Origin: Patescibacteria group bacterium
Lineage (GTDB): Bacteria > Patescibacteriota > Saccharimonadia > CAILAD01 > BJGX01
Assembly (NCBI GenBank): GCA_026397045.1
Contig: JAPLVO010000009.1
Span: 1,548-65,547, forward strand
Direction of reading: 5' to 3'
DNA length: 64,000 nt
The position numbers and the translations under genes are program-made. Below the pieces are notes generated by a model, which searched no databases, was not told where the DNA came from, and worked only from the letters and a program-made list of their open reading frames with translations. Position 1 is the stretch's first letter. Each line of letters begins with the position of its first letter. Positions 19,494 through 29,556 of the stretch are shown piece after piece.

Positions 19494-20324
19494 CTATTTC
19501 CTTCCTTTCCCGCGACCACGAATAATCATGGCGCTAGTTGATTTACGGCGTCTAGTCTTAAGCCCCATAGCAACTTTACCCCATGGGGTTCTCGGAATTC
19601 GACCTGGGCCACTTAAGCCCTCTCCACCACCCATTGGATGATCTGATGGGTTCATAGCCTTACCGCGAACAGAAGGCCTCCAACCCATTCGGCGCTTTCT
19701 TCCGGCACTACCAATAGTAATGTTCTGATGATCAGCATTACCAATCTGGCCAACTGTCGCCATACAATTAGTGTGGATTAGTCGGACCTCTCCTGAAGGC
19801 AACTTGATTTGAGCCCAATCACCTTCACGAGCCGCCAACTGAGCGCGAGCACCAGCGCTTCTGGCTAGCTGTCCACCTCGGCCAGGCTGCATCTCAATAT
19901 TGCATATTACCGAACCAATTGGGATGTCTTTGAGCTTGAGGCGATTACCGGACTTTATTTCGGCATCTGGGCCAGAAGCAATTGAGCTTCCAACAACCAT
20001 ATTTGCAGTAGCCAATACATAGGCCTTACTACCATTGTCGAGTCTCACTAAGGCTATATTAGCTGATCTGTTAGGATCATACTCGAGGGCGATAATAACT
20101 GCCTTCTGAGCAGAGGCGAATACAAAATCCACCAATCTGTAAGCACGCTTAGCTCCACCGCCGCGGTGGCGAGTGGTTATTTTGCCTTGATTATTGCGGC
20201 CGGCTTTCTTTATCATAGGCACAGTTAGGGACTTTTCGGGCTTCTTCTTGGTTAGCTCCGAAAAGTCAGCAACGCTCATATTCCTACGGGCTGCTGTATT
20301 TGGCTTGAGTGTTCTAACTCCCAT
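19494..20324 (-). CDS. rplB: 50S ribosomal protein L2
   Basis: Core L2 motifs (RNMSVADFSELT..., GGGEG). Confidence 0.95.
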   Translation of the reverse strand: MGVRTLKPNTAARRNMSVADFSELTKKKPEKSLTVPMIKKAGRNNQGKITTRHRGGGAKRAYRLVDFVFASAQKAVIIALEYDPNRSANIALVRLDNGSKAYVLATANMVVGSSIASGPDAEIKSGNRLKLKDIPIGSVICNIEMQPGRGGQLARSAGARAQLAAREGDWAQIKLPSGEVRLIHTNCMATVGQIGNADHQNITIGSAGRKRRMGWRPSVRGKAMNPSDHPMGGGEGLSGPGRIPRTPWGKVAMGLKTRRRKSTSAMIIRGRGKGRK

Positions 20325-20617
20325 TACTTCTTTTCCTCTCCTGCGACATCAAATACTGAAATCTTCTGACCTTTTTTAATAGTTACATATGCTCTCTTGT
20401 TATCTTTGCGTCTACCCACAACCCCTTTAAATTTCTTTACTTTACCTTTTATTATTGCAATTCTCACCTGAATAACATCAACCTTAAATTGCTCCTTTAC
20501 GGCCTTTGCAACAAGAGGCTTGTTGGCAGAAGGGCTAACATCGAACATATAAGTGCTAGTAGCTGCTAACTGCATACTCTTTTCGCTAATTACTGGCTTA
20601 AGTGTAATAAGTGTCAT
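20324..20617 (-). CDS. rplW: 50S ribosomal protein L23
   Basis: Size and sequence typical; position between rplD and rplB. Confidence 0.9.
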   Translation of the reverse strand: MTLITLKPVISEKSMQLAATSTYMFDVSPSANKPLVAKAVKEQFKVDVIQVRIAIIKGKVKKFKGVVGRRKDNKRAYVTIKKGQKISVFDVAGEEKK

Positions 20618-21321
20618 TTTGTATCTCCTGAGGTTTTGACCTTGGCTGCAGGCTTAGCTGCTGTGCTTAAGGAAGGCTTTGCCTTACGGCTCGATGCCTT
20701 AGTAGAGCCCAGCCATAATTCTAGCTCTTTTAGGCCATCGGAATCAATCAGTATGGCGTCTGCATCGAGTACTGCGGCAACATTCAATTGCTTTACAGAT
20801 ATAAGTTTTATGCCTGGGATATTGCGGGCCGAAGATATAAACTTGCTATCGAGCTTGGCGGCAGCAATGAGTATTGAGCCTTCTGCTCCAACCTTATCTA
20901 TCATTTCTACTACTTTACTAGTTTTGTAATCGCTAACCCAAAATGACTCAATCACTTTGATATTCTCAACTTTCAGGCTTAAGGCTTGCTTAAGGCTAGA
21001 TCGAATCATGCTCTTAGGCATATTCTTGGAATAGTTTTCGTTACCTGTGGGGCCAAAGGCAACGCCACCATGTCTCCATATCGGATTTCGGCTAGACCCA
21101 AATCTAGCCCTTCCTGTACCCTTTTGCTTCCAGGGTTTGCGACCTCCACCAGAAACCTCGCCACGAGATAGGACCTTGGCGTTATTGGTTCGGATATTAG
21201 CGTAGAATCGGTTGTATGCAATCTTAAGCTGATCTGGGTTTGCTTCCACTCCAAAAATGGCCACAGGAAGGTCCACTTCAGTCTTTTTTACGCCTACCTT
21301 GCTGTAGCTAATTGCCTTCAT
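20614..21321 (-). CDS. rplD: 50S ribosomal protein L4 with an about 30-aa C-terminal extension
   Basis: L4 core (GTGRARFGSSRNPIWRHGGVAFGP) plus tail ...SSRKAKPSLSTAAKPAAKVKTSGDTK. Confidence 0.9.
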   Translation of the reverse strand: MKAISYSKVGVKKTEVDLPVAIFGVEANPDQLKIAYNRFYANIRTNNAKVLSRGEVSGGGRKPWKQKGTGRARFGSSRNPIWRHGGVAFGPTGNENYSKNMPKSMIRSSLKQALSLKVENIKVIESFWVSDYKTSKVVEMIDKVGAEGSILIAAAKLDSKFISSARNIPGIKLISVKQLNVAAVLDADAILIDSDGLKELELWLGSTKASSRKAKPSLSTAAKPAAKVKTSGDTK

Positions 21322-21962
21322 TATTTGATACCCCTAATCATAACAAGACCTCGTCTAGGCCCAGGCACACTGCCTACGATTGCTATCAGGTTCTTTTCTG
21401 CATTTATAATTGCTATCTTTTGATTCTTGATGGTTACCTTTTCATGGCCCATTTGACCGGCCATTTTGGTGCCCTTAAAAACATGCTGAGGATACCCCGA
21501 GCCTATAGACCCAGGGGCGCGGTAGTTATGACTACCGTGAGTCTTCGGTCCGCGGTGAAAATTATGCCGCTTGATGGTGCCGGCGAAACCCTTTCCCTTG
21601 GAGATACCCGAAACCACTACCTTGTCGCCTACCTCGAAGATACCGACTGTCAGCGTATCACCCACCTTAAGTTGACTAGGGGCCTGCTCTACTTCACTTA
21701 CAACACCATCGGGCTGCTCGGTTCGAAATTCTTTTATGGTAGTAGGCCTTGAGCCAGAAGCCTTTACCTGGCCAGCTTGGGTCTTAGATAACTTTTCAGA
21801 TTCCCCAAAGCCAATTTGAACCGCATTATAGCCATCTGATTCGATAGATTTTAGTCTGGTTATGACACAAGGGCCAGCTTCAAGAACAGTTACGCCACTG
21901 CGTACACCGTTTGCATCAAATATTTGCGTCATTCCAACTTTTTTAGCGAGTAATGCTTTCAT
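21321..21962 (-). CDS. rplC: 50S ribosomal protein L3. The start is at MKALLAKKVGMTQIF with an AAGGAA Shine-Dalgarno; the 23 extra N-terminal residues in the ORF track are rejected.
   Basis: Canonical L3 N-terminus; Shine-Dalgarno gccAAGGAAttATG. Confidence 0.9.
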   Translation of the reverse strand: MKALLAKKVGMTQIFDANGVRSGVTVLEAGPCVITRLKSIESDGYNAVQIGFGESEKLSKTQAGQVKASGSRPTTIKEFRTEQPDGVVSEVEQAPSQLKVGDTLTVGIFEVGDKVVVSGISKGKGFAGTIKRHNFHRGPKTHGSHNYRAPGSIGSGYPQHVFKGTKMAGQMGHEKVTIKNQKIAIINAEKNLIAIVGSVPGPRRGLVMIRGIK

Positions 21963-22127
21963 AATTCCTTGGCTATTAAATAATAAAACCTGAGTAAACA
22001 GGCTGGTTTCCTTAGGCTTTTTAGCCGTCAAGACCTTGTCGCTTCTCAGTACTCTTAACTACTAGAACTGTTTGATAGTTAAAACTCAGGTGTCATTGTA
22101 TCAGATAGGGGCCAGGTATGTCAACTA

Positions 22128-22158
22128 TAAAAGGCACCTCCCAAAAAGGTACCTTTTA
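22128..22158 (-). terminator. Hairpin (11-bp stem with 1 mismatch, 8-nt loop) flanked by A/T runs between the DUF4870 gene and rplC; candidate terminator for the inserted cassette
   Basis: TAAAAGGCACC-tcccaaaa-GGTACCTTTTA read from the sequence. Confidence 0.4.
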
Positions 22159-22194
22159 CGATTCTACTAACTAGAATAGGCTGCCCGAAATTAT

Positions 22195-22512
22195 CTACTT
22201 GATGAGCTTGATTCCGCCGATTAGTGGCAGTGGCTTCATTTCGTTATTGACGACATTTATAATACCCATAATCGCCAGTACCAGTATTAGTAAACCTACA
22301 GCCGGTGCAGCCACCCATCCCAGAAAAGGAATTACCCATAAAATATTGGTTAGTACCATCGCAATGAATAAAACCAAACCTTGGTTGGCGTGGTATTTTA
22401 CAAATTTACTGTTTCCGCCCGCGAATAGAGGAATCACTACAAGGATTCCTACATAAGCTAAGACGCCCATTATTTTGTCATTTTCATTACTTGTTTTTTT
22501 ATCTTCTGGCAT
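22195..22512 (-). CDS. DUF4870-family small membrane protein (3 TM)
   Basis: Motifs YHANQGLVL, IPFLGWV and EMKPLPLIGG match the DUF4870 consensus (FHxxQ, IPxLGW, GE..P.P.IG). Confidence 0.7.
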   Translation of the reverse strand: MPEDKKTSNENDKIMGVLAYVGILVVIPLFAGGNSKFVKYHANQGLVLFIAMVLTNILWVIPFLGWVAAPAVGLLILVLAIMGIINVVNNEMKPLPLIGGIKLIK

Positions 22513-22611
22513 AATTACCTCCGTTATAAAATTGTTTTATTTATTATTTTTTTAGAATATTACTAAGCTAATTGTAACCCCGCACGGGCGGCTTGGCAAG
22601 CTACAATAAAT

Positions 22612-24255
22612 CTATATATTGATGATACTTCCGCCGAGCTTGTCGCGGAAATAATTGTCGTGGCTTACATAGAGTATTGCCCCGCTATAAGCGAGTAGAG
22701 CGCTCTCTAGCTCCTCAATACTCGGCAGGTCAAGATGATTGGTAGGCTCATCTAGTATCAGCATGTTTGGCTCTGGGGCAAGCATTTTAATAATCTGAAA
22801 TCGGGCCTTTTGTCCTCCAGATAATTGCTTGAGTTTGAGATTAAGATCAGCTCGAGGATCAAATAGATACTGCGCGGCGATTTGCATTATTTTTTCCTGA
22901 TTAACAGGGATACTATTTTCTATATAAACCGACTCTATGGCTTCCGAGAGAGTAGAGTCTAATAGTTTATTATCTATCTCCTGTTCATAATAACCTATTC
23001 TGAGAGCTTTTTCCGGCTCGATAGATCCTTTGAATATTTTTAGCTTAGAGGGCTTACCGTTAGTGATATCAAGAATAAGTTTGATAAGACTGGATTTACC
23101 GGCTCCATTTCTACCTCTTATTTCAGCCCTATCACCGCTATTTAAGCCAAACGAAACTGCCTCAAACAGAGGCTTGCTATAGCCTACACTTAAGTCGTGT
23201 ACTGATAGAAGGTTCATAAAGCCTGAATCCGAACTATCCGTAGTGATAGATATATTCTTGGTCTTGTACTTGTCATAACGATCTGTGACTTTTTTTGACA
23301 TCCCTTCTACGGACTGCTGATCAATCCAGAATGACGGCTTGACCATAACCTTTTGCAGTTCGTCTATTTGGCGCTGAAAGCGTCGAGCCATAGGAATAAA
23401 GGGGTTAGGAGTTTTACTGGAGCCTGCTTTCTTACGATTTGCCTCTTGGAGCTGCTTTTTTAGGTTCTCCATAGTGCTGAGCTGTACTTCATAATTGTTC
23501 ATACCCGCCACTGTAGCTAAACTATTCTGCTTAAGGTATGCATCATAGTTGCCAATAAAAACTACTGCCTGGTTGTCTTTAATCTCGACTATGGTATCAA
23601 CGGTAGCTAGTACATCTCTATCGTGGCTGACCAGCACTACGGCACCTTTGGCAGAACCTAGCCAGGTTATAAATTCAGCTTTTGCAATGTAATCCATGTG
23701 GTTAGTTGGTTCGTCTATAAGGGCCAAATCGACCTTACTCTCAGCGATCTTCACTAGCTCTACAAATCGTTTTTGGCCACCTGACAAATTTTTAATAGAG
23801 GCTCTGGCCATAGTCTCATCTACTTGATATCTAGAAAGAGCCTGTAGCACCCTATCTTCTCCTCTGTAGTAATCTAGCTGCATGAAACGATCAAGAGCGT
23901 CGCTATATTGATCAAGCTGGTCGTTACTTGGTTCAGTAATATCAGGATAAGCATCCATAATCCTTTTACAGCGAAGGTAATCTGGGAGTTCACTTAATAT
24001 GTAATCAACTACTGAAACATCTTCGAGGTGAGAGTGCTCTTGCCTGCTAGTGGCGATAATCAGCCCTTTTTTTCTCCAGACAGTGCCTACGAACTCCTCG
24101 TCCTCACCATTTATTAGCCCTAGAAGGGTTGTTTTACCTACCCCATTTCTGCCTATAATGGCTATTTTCTGGTCAGCCTGCAATGTAAGGCTAAGGTTCT
24201 TAAGAAGTAGCTTGGAGCCGGCTGTTTTTTCCTCGATATCTATATTTATAATCAT
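22612..24255 (-). CDS. ABC-F family ATPase with two tandem nucleotide-binding domains, an about 100-aa inter-domain linker and no TM domain; ribosome-associated ABC-F type
   Basis: Walker A IIGRNGVGKTTLL and IRGRNGAGKSSLI; signatures LSGGQKRFVEL and LSGGQKARFQI; Walker B LALIDEPTNHMD and MLILDEPTNHLD. Confidence 0.85.
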   Translation of the reverse strand: MIINIDIEEKTAGSKLLLKNLSLTLQADQKIAIIGRNGVGKTTLLGLINGEDEEFVGTVWRKKGLIIATSRQEHSHLEDVSVVDYILSELPDYLRCKRIMDAYPDITEPSNDQLDQYSDALDRFMQLDYYRGEDRVLQALSRYQVDETMARASIKNLSGGQKRFVELVKIAESKVDLALIDEPTNHMDYIAKAEFITWLGSAKGAVVLVSHDRDVLATVDTIVEIKDNQAVVFIGNYDAYLKQNSLATVAGMNNYEVQLSTMENLKKQLQEANRKKAGSSKTPNPFIPMARRFQRQIDELQKVMVKPSFWIDQQSVEGMSKKVTDRYDKYKTKNISITTDSSDSGFMNLLSVHDLSVGYSKPLFEAVSFGLNSGDRAEIRGRNGAGKSSLIKLILDITNGKPSKLKIFKGSIEPEKALRIGYYEQEIDNKLLDSTLSEAIESVYIENSIPVNQEKIMQIAAQYLFDPRADLNLKLKQLSGGQKARFQIIKMLAPEPNMLILDEPTNHLDLPSIEELESALLAYSGAILYVSHDNYFRDKLGGSIINI

Positions 24256-24286
24256 GGTTTATCCATTATCCCGATGGCATTAAATC

Positions 24287-24314
24287 AAAAAACCCCTTTG
24301 TTAAGAGGTTTTTT
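24287..24314 (-). terminator. Rho-independent terminator between rpsJ and the ABC-F gene
   Basis: 12-bp stem AAAAAACCCCTT/AAGAGGTTTTTT (1 mismatch), 4-nt loop, with a T-run on both strands. Confidence 0.6.
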
Positions 24315-24332
24315 GATTATTACTCCGCCAGT

Positions 24333-24653
24333 TTACATCTTTATTTCGATATTAACACCATTGGGTAAGCTGAGGTTAGTTAAGCTATCAATAGTTTTTG
24401 CATTATGGTCATAAATTTCTATTAATCGCTTGTGGGTTCTCATTTCGAATTGTTCGCGAGCATCCTTAAAGACATGTGGGCTTGAAAGTACAGTGTACTT
24501 ATCCTTTTTAGTCGGGAGTGGAATCGGGCCAGCTACGCTAGCGCCAGTACGAATTGCGCTATCGATAATTTGCTTTGCAGACTGGTCGATAATCTTATTA
24601 TCATAGGCTTTTAATTTAATCCTAATTCGTTGCTTTTCTGGTTTTTCTGTCAT
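24333..24653 (-). CDS. rpsJ: 30S ribosomal protein S10
   Basis: [23 protein letters not shown]...[20 protein letters not shown]. Confidence 0.95.
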   Translation of the reverse strand: MTEKPEKQRIRIKLKAYDNKIIDQSAKQIIDSAIRTGASVAGPIPLPTKKDKYTVLSSPHVFKDAREQFEMRTHKRLIEIYDHNAKTIDSLTNLSLPNGVNIEIKM

Positions 24654-24689
24654 GTCTTATAAGGTACTTTCTGCTCTCTTTGGGGGAGA

Positions 24690-25874
24690 TTACTTATTGA
24701 TCTTAGTTACTACACCAGCGCCTACTGTCTTACCGCCTTCACGAATAGCAAACCTTAGGCCATCGTTCATGGCTATCGGGGCAAGCAATTTTACTTTTAC
24801 GCTGATATTATCCCCGGGCATTACCATTTCGGTACCTTCTGGGAGCTCTACCTCGCCTGTTACATCCGTAGTTCGGAAGTAAAACTGTGGCTTATAGCCC
24901 TTGAAAAATGGGGTGTGGCGTCCGCCTTCGTCTTTCTTTAGCACATATATTTCGGCATCAAATTCGGTGTGAGGAGTAACAGAACCCGGCTTTGCAAGTA
25001 CTTGCCCACGCTCAATGTCATCGCGCTCAACGCCTCTTAGCAAGATACCAACATTGTCTCCAGCTTGGCCTTCATCGAGCATCTTTTTAAACATCTCTAC
25101 TCCTGTCACGACAGTTTTGGTGGTATCTTTTATACCTACTATCTCAACTTCTTCATTGATGTTTACTCTTCCCTGCTCGATGCGACCGGTGGCAACTGTG
25201 CCTCGCCCTTTAATCGAGAATACATCTTCGATAGGCATCAAAAATGGCTTGTCTAGTTCTCTTACTGGCTCAGGGATATAGTCGTCCATAGCCTTGACTA
25301 ACTCCATTATGGCATCCTCGTTAGCTGAATCACCTTCTAGAGCCTTAAGTGCCGAACCCTTAATTATTGGGGCATCTTTGTCGTATTCATACTTTTCTAG
25401 AAGCTCACGAATTTCCAGCTCCACTAGTTCGGCTAATTCTGGGTCAGCCATATCCATTTTATTCATAAATACTAGTATTTTTGGTACGCCTACCTGTCGG
25501 GCTAATAGTACATGCTCTCTTGTTTGAGGCATTGGGCCGTCTGCAGCAGAAACCACTAGAATAGCTCCGTCGATCTGAGCAGCTCCCGTGATCATATTCT
25601 TGATATAATCAGCATGTCCAGGCATGTCTACATGGGCATAGTGACGCTTTTCGGTCTCATACTCTTCATGGGAAGTTGCAATCGTAATGCCTCGCTCCCG
25701 CTCTTCTGGAGCATTGTCGATTGTTGCATAATCGACTGGCTGATTAACATCACTGGGCAGCTTTTTCGATAGTACTGTGGTTATTGCTGCTGTTAGGGTA
25801 GTCTTTCCATGATCCACGTGGCCCATAGTGCCGACATTTACATGTGGTTTGTCTCTGTTATATTTCTCTGCCAT
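24690..25874 (-). CDS. tuf: Elongation factor Tu
   Basis: [23 protein letters not shown] and the EF-Tu domain 2/3 motifs. Confidence 0.97.
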   Translation of the reverse strand: MAEKYNRDKPHVNVGTMGHVDHGKTTLTAAITTVLSKKLPSDVNQPVDYATIDNAPEERERGITIATSHEEYETEKRHYAHVDMPGHADYIKNMITGAAQIDGAILVVSAADGPMPQTREHVLLARQVGVPKILVFMNKMDMADPELAELVELEIRELLEKYEYDKDAPIIKGSALKALEGDSANEDAIMELVKAMDDYIPEPVRELDKPFLMPIEDVFSIKGRGTVATGRIEQGRVNINEEVEIVGIKDTTKTVVTGVEMFKKMLDEGQAGDNVGILLRGVERDDIERGQVLAKPGSVTPHTEFDAEIYVLKKDEGGRHTPFFKGYKPQFYFRTTDVTGEVELPEGTEMVMPGDNISVKVKLLAPIAMNDGLRFAIREGGKTVGAGVVTKINK

Positions 25875-25956
25875 TGATACTCCTCGTTAATATATTAATT
25901 GCTTGATTGTTTGGTTTTTTGACAATAAGAAAATTGCCATATTGTTTGACCCCTTT

Positions 25957-25985
25957 ATTATAGGGAGAAAAAGCCTTTTTGTAAA
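25957..25985 (-). promoter_or_regulatory. Consensus-like promoter TTTACA-17-TATAAT upstream of tuf, with a GAGGAG Shine-Dalgarno before the ATG
   Basis: Minus strand TTTACA (25985-25980), 17-nt spacer, TATAAT (25962-25957). Confidence 0.55.
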
Positions 25986-26026
25986 GAGTTAATTTATAGT
26001 TTTAGTAAGGCTTATATTTGGCCAGA

Positions 26027-28144
26027 CTAGCTGCGGCTCTCGCCAGCTTCCCTGGAAGCGGTGTATTTGCCCTTTAGCTCTTCGGCTACATGGTTAGGAA
26101 CCTCAGCGTAATGATCGAACTCCATTGCATAAGAGGCTCGACCCTGGGTCATGCTTCTTAAGCTAGTAGCATACCCAAACATCTCCGCTAGCGGCACAAA
26201 AGACCTGATAACCTTTGCCCCACTACGATCTTCCATAGTATCAACTCGGCCACGCTTCGAATTAATATCCCCTATAACATCCCCCATGAATTCATCCGGG
26301 GTAGTAACTTCAACACGCATAGTTGGCTCCATGATTACTGGGTCGGCCTTCTTAACTCCTTCTTGAAGGGCCATAGATGCAGCTATTTTGAAGGCTATTT
26401 CTGATGAATCTACATCATGGTAACTCCCATCGTATAGCTTGCAGTGCAAATCAACTACAGGGTACCCGGCAATAACTCCATTACGCATTGCTTCCTTAAC
26501 ACCAGCCTCTACAGGGGCAATATACTCTCGAGGCACAGCCCCGCCGACAATAGCATTCTCAAATTCAAATGTCTGAGATTTATCGCTATCCTCGGTGTGT
26601 ACTAGTGGGCTTAGCTCGAGGTAGACATGGCCGTATTGGCCTCTACCGCCAGATTGACGGATAAATTTATGCTCTATCTGAGTTGTGCCTTTAATAGTCT
26701 CCCTAAAAGCAACCTGGGGTCGTCCAACATTTGCCTCTACCTTAAATTCGCGCTTCATTCTATCCACCAATACCTCTAAGTGCAGTTCGCCCATTCCGGC
26801 TATAATAGTCTGCCCAGAATCTTCATCGGTACTGACTCTAAAGGTAGGATCTTCTTCGGCGAGACGGCTCAGCGCTATGCCCATCTTCTCCTGGTCGGCT
26901 TTAGTTTTAGGTTCGATAGCAATATTAATTACTGGGGCTGGGAAATCAATTGATTCAAGAAGTACTTGGGCCGACTCATCGCAAAGTGTGTTACCAGTTA
27001 CGGTGTTCTTAAGGCCAACTGCAGCGGCTATATCCCCTGCGTGAACCTCCGAGACCTCTTCTCTATTATTGGCGTGCATACGGACAATTCGCCCGATACG
27101 CTCTTTTTCGCCTGTACTAACATTATAAATGTAGCTACCTGATTTGAGTACTCCAGTATAAACTCTAAAGAAACAAAGCTTCCCGACAAATGGATCAGTC
27201 GCTATTTTAAATGCCAAGCCAGCAAAAGGAGCCTCATCGCTCACTTCCAGGAGTCTTTCCTCACCAGTTTTATTATCTACTGCAAGAGGCGCAGTGACAT
27301 CTAGGGGGCTGGGGAGATAATCTACAATTAAATCAAGCAGCTTTTCGACGATTACACCGCGTCCATCGCCACCAGCCACCAAGAAAAAGTCTCCCCTAAG
27401 GACAGACTTTCGAATTACTTGTTTGATCTCTACTTCGGTAAGCTCGGTGCCGTCAAGATATTTCTCCATAATTGTATCATCAGCCTCTACGGCTGCTTCA
27501 ATAAGGTGGCGTCTATAATTTCTGGCTTTCTCCATCATGTCGTCAGGTATCTCAACTTCTTTGAGTTCCTTATCGGTATAATCTGAGTATTGGTAGGCCT
27601 TCATCTCGATAACATCTACGATTCCATTGATTTCCTGCTCAAAGCCAATAGGCAAATGAACCGGATATGCGTGCTTGCTAAGTCGCTCGTGAATAGACTC
27701 TAAGCTCTTGTAAAAATCGCCGCCAGTTTGGTTAATCTTATTTATAAAGCAAATCCTAGGGACTCCATATTTATCAGCCTGCCGCCATACGGTTTCGGAC
27801 TGAGGTTCGACGCCCATTTTGCCATCAAACATCACACAAGCTCCATCAAGAACCCTGAGTGATCTTTCGACCTCTACTGTGAAGTCGATGTGTCCAGGGG
27901 TGTCGATGATATTAATTCGTTTGTCCTTCCAGAAGCAAGTTGTGGCCGCCGAAGTAATAGTTATGCCGCGCTCACGCTCTTGTTCCATCCAGTCCATAGT
28001 AGCCTCACCTTGGTGAACTTCACCAATCTTGTGGACAACTCCAGTCCGGTATAGTATTCCTTCGGTTACGGTTGTCTTGCCTGCATCAATGTGGGCGATA
28101 GTCCCGACATTTCGGGTATTTTCTAATGTAAATTCTCGAGCCAT
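26027..28144 (-). CDS. fusA: Elongation factor G
   Basis: [21 protein letters not shown] and EF-G domains IV and V; short C-terminal extension. Confidence 0.97.
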   Translation of the reverse strand: MAREFTLENTRNVGTIAHIDAGKTTVTEGILYRTGVVHKIGEVHQGEATMDWMEQERERGITITSAATTCFWKDKRINIIDTPGHIDFTVEVERSLRVLDGACVMFDGKMGVEPQSETVWRQADKYGVPRICFINKINQTGGDFYKSLESIHERLSKHAYPVHLPIGFEQEINGIVDVIEMKAYQYSDYTDKELKEVEIPDDMMEKARNYRRHLIEAAVEADDTIMEKYLDGTELTEVEIKQVIRKSVLRGDFFLVAGGDGRGVIVEKLLDLIVDYLPSPLDVTAPLAVDNKTGEERLLEVSDEAPFAGLAFKIATDPFVGKLCFFRVYTGVLKSGSYIYNVSTGEKERIGRIVRMHANNREEVSEVHAGDIAAAVGLKNTVTGNTLCDESAQVLLESIDFPAPVINIAIEPKTKADQEKMGIALSRLAEEDPTFRVSTDEDSGQTIIAGMGELHLEVLVDRMKREFKVEANVGRPQVAFRETIKGTTQIEHKFIRQSGGRGQYGHVYLELSPLVHTEDSDKSQTFEFENAIVGGAVPREYIAPVEAGVKEAMRNGVIAGYPVVDLHCKLYDGSYHDVDSSEIAFKIAASMALQEGVKKADPVIMEPTMRVEVTTPDEFMGDVIGDINSKRGRVDTMEDRSGAKVIRSFVPLAEMFGYATSLRSMTQGRASYAMEFDHYAEVPNHVAEELKGKYTASREAGESRS

Positions 28145-28181
28145 GGGAATAAAATTATCCTTTCTTTACCCTAATTAAATA

Positions 28182-28199
28182 ATGCCGAATATTCGGCAT
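28182..28199. promoter_or_regulatory. 18-bp perfect palindrome ATGCCGAATATTCGGCAT in the fusA 5' leader region; candidate operator or leader hairpin
   Basis: Exact inverted repeat read from the sequence, 38-55 nt upstream of the fusA ATG. A candidate TTGTTG-16-TAATAT promoter lies further upstream. Confidence 0.4.
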
Positions 28200-28528
28200 A
28201 ATCGGATATTATCTTAACCTATATAGCCGACATTAACAAGGATATTATGGTGTAACAATTTGCCAACAACATTTTAGGGCACAAAAAATATCTAAGGGTA
28301 TTCCGCCACAAGCTTGCCAGCAAAGCAACTGGCATATAGAGTGTATAGTAACAGTTTTAGATATATTACAAAAAGTGAGTCAGGAGGGTAACTCATTTTT
28401 TGCCAAGGTGGCAGAAGTCGAATATTCTGGTTGATACAGACGACGCTCTGGCTCAAATACAGAGCCTCAATCTTTCGTACATGGCAAATACCTCGGCAAG
28501 CAATGTAAATTTGCCCAATTAATAATAA

Positions 28529-28559
28529 ATACCCCGGGCAGAGTTATAAAGCGGGGTAT
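28529..28559 (-). terminator. Candidate terminator hairpin after rpsG (8-bp GC-rich stem ATACCCCG/CGGGGTAT, 15-nt loop) followed by an A/U-rich tract
   Basis: Sequence inspection. The loop is long, so the call is tentative. Confidence 0.35.
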
Positions 28560-28609
28560 CTATTATCCTATTTTGGTCAGAGCGCTTGAGCTGGAACTAA
28601 AAGACTTAG

Positions 28610-29086
28610 CTAGTACCTTGCGAAGTGAGCAAAGGCTTTGTTTGCTTCAGCCATCTGGTGAGTATCTTGCTTCTTCTTAACTGCATCACCTTCGTTGTTA
28701 TAGGCCGCGACTAGTTCTGTGGCTAGTTTCTTATCAAAACTACTTCCTTTTTTCTTTCGGGCTGAATCTAGCATCCAGACCATTGCATAATGAACTTTGC
28801 GATCTCCCTTAACTTCGATAGGGACTTGATAGTTTGCTCCACCAATACGCTTAGATTTAACCTGCACTTGGGGGCTGACATTTTTGATTGCACCTTCGAA
28901 CACTTCTAAGGGGTCTTTTTTGGTCTTTGCAGCTGCCTGGCTGATAGCTCCATAGACAAGATTCTCGGCTAACCTCTTTTTACCATCTAGCATGACCTTA
29001 TTGATCATCTTGGTAACTAGAACGCTATTATACACGCGGTCTGCTGGTAGTATTCTCTTGAGTGATTTTGTGACTTTTCTTGGCAT
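28610..29086 (-). CDS. rpsG: 30S ribosomal protein S7
   Basis: MPRKVTKSLKRILPADRVYNSVLVTKMINKVM... Confidence 0.95.
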   Translation of the reverse strand: MPRKVTKSLKRILPADRVYNSVLVTKMINKVMLDGKKRLAENLVYGAISQAAAKTKKDPLEVFEGAIKNVSPQVQVKSKRIGGANYQVPIEVKGDRKVHYAMVWMLDSARKKKGSSFDKKLATELVAAYNNEGDAVKKKQDTHQMAEANKAFAHFARY

Positions 29087-29089
29087 AAC

Positions 29090-29515
29090 TTAATCCTTCT
29101 TGCTTCCGCTGGCCTTTTTAGTGCCATATTTACTTCGGCCTTGCTTGCGATCGCTGACACCACCTGTGTCTAAATGTCCTCGAACTATATGATAGCGAAC
29201 ACCACCAAGATCCTTAACCCGTCCTCCCCTAACCAAAACTACGGAATGCTCCTGAAGATTGTGACCTTCACCTGGTATGTAGGCAGTGACTTCCATTCCG
29301 TTAGTGAGCCTTACTCGAGCAACCTTACGCAGGGCGGAGTTTGGCTTACGAGGTGTTTGAGTATAAACCTTAACACAGACGCCCCGCTTGAAGGGTGAGT
29401 TATTCAATGCTGACTGATTTTTAAGAGCGTTAAAGGTCCGGCCCAAGGCTGGAGATTTAGTCTTGGTTGTTTTGCGCGAACGCGGTTTTCTAATGAGTTG
29501 ATTGATTGTAGGCAT
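29090..29515 (-). CDS. rpsL: 30S ribosomal protein S12, with an about 15-20-aa insertion after the N-terminal basic region. The start is at [10 protein letters not shown].
   Basis: PTINQL...[16 protein letters not shown]...[35 protein letters not shown]. Confidence 0.92.
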   Translation of the reverse strand: MPTINQLIRKPRSRKTTKTKSPALGRTFNALKNQSALNNSPFKRGVCVKVYTQTPRKPNSALRKVARVRLTNGMEVTAYIPGEGHNLQEHSVVLVRGGRVKDLGGVRYHIVRGHLDTGGVSDRKQGRSKYGTKKASGSKKD

Positions 29516-29556
29516 AATTTGTAACTTCAATACTTTAACAGATAAGAATTACCTGG

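Noticed and set aside
21963-22031. N-terminal 23-codon extension of the rplC ORF. Similar extensions occur for rpsD (to 10911), rpsH (to 15714) and rpsL (to 29530), and the PspC ORF runs to 4361.
   Set aside because: Conserved protein N-termini, Shine-Dalgarno positions and avoidance of overlap with upstream genes or the tRNA support the shorter starts. Some long versions used non-ATG starts (TTG or GTG).
28230-28352. 40-codon minus-strand ORF in the rpsG-fusA intergenic region
   Set aside because: No ribosome-binding site and no recognisable similarity; it is probably a chance ORF in an AT-rich leader. The region is retained as a non-coding finding instead.
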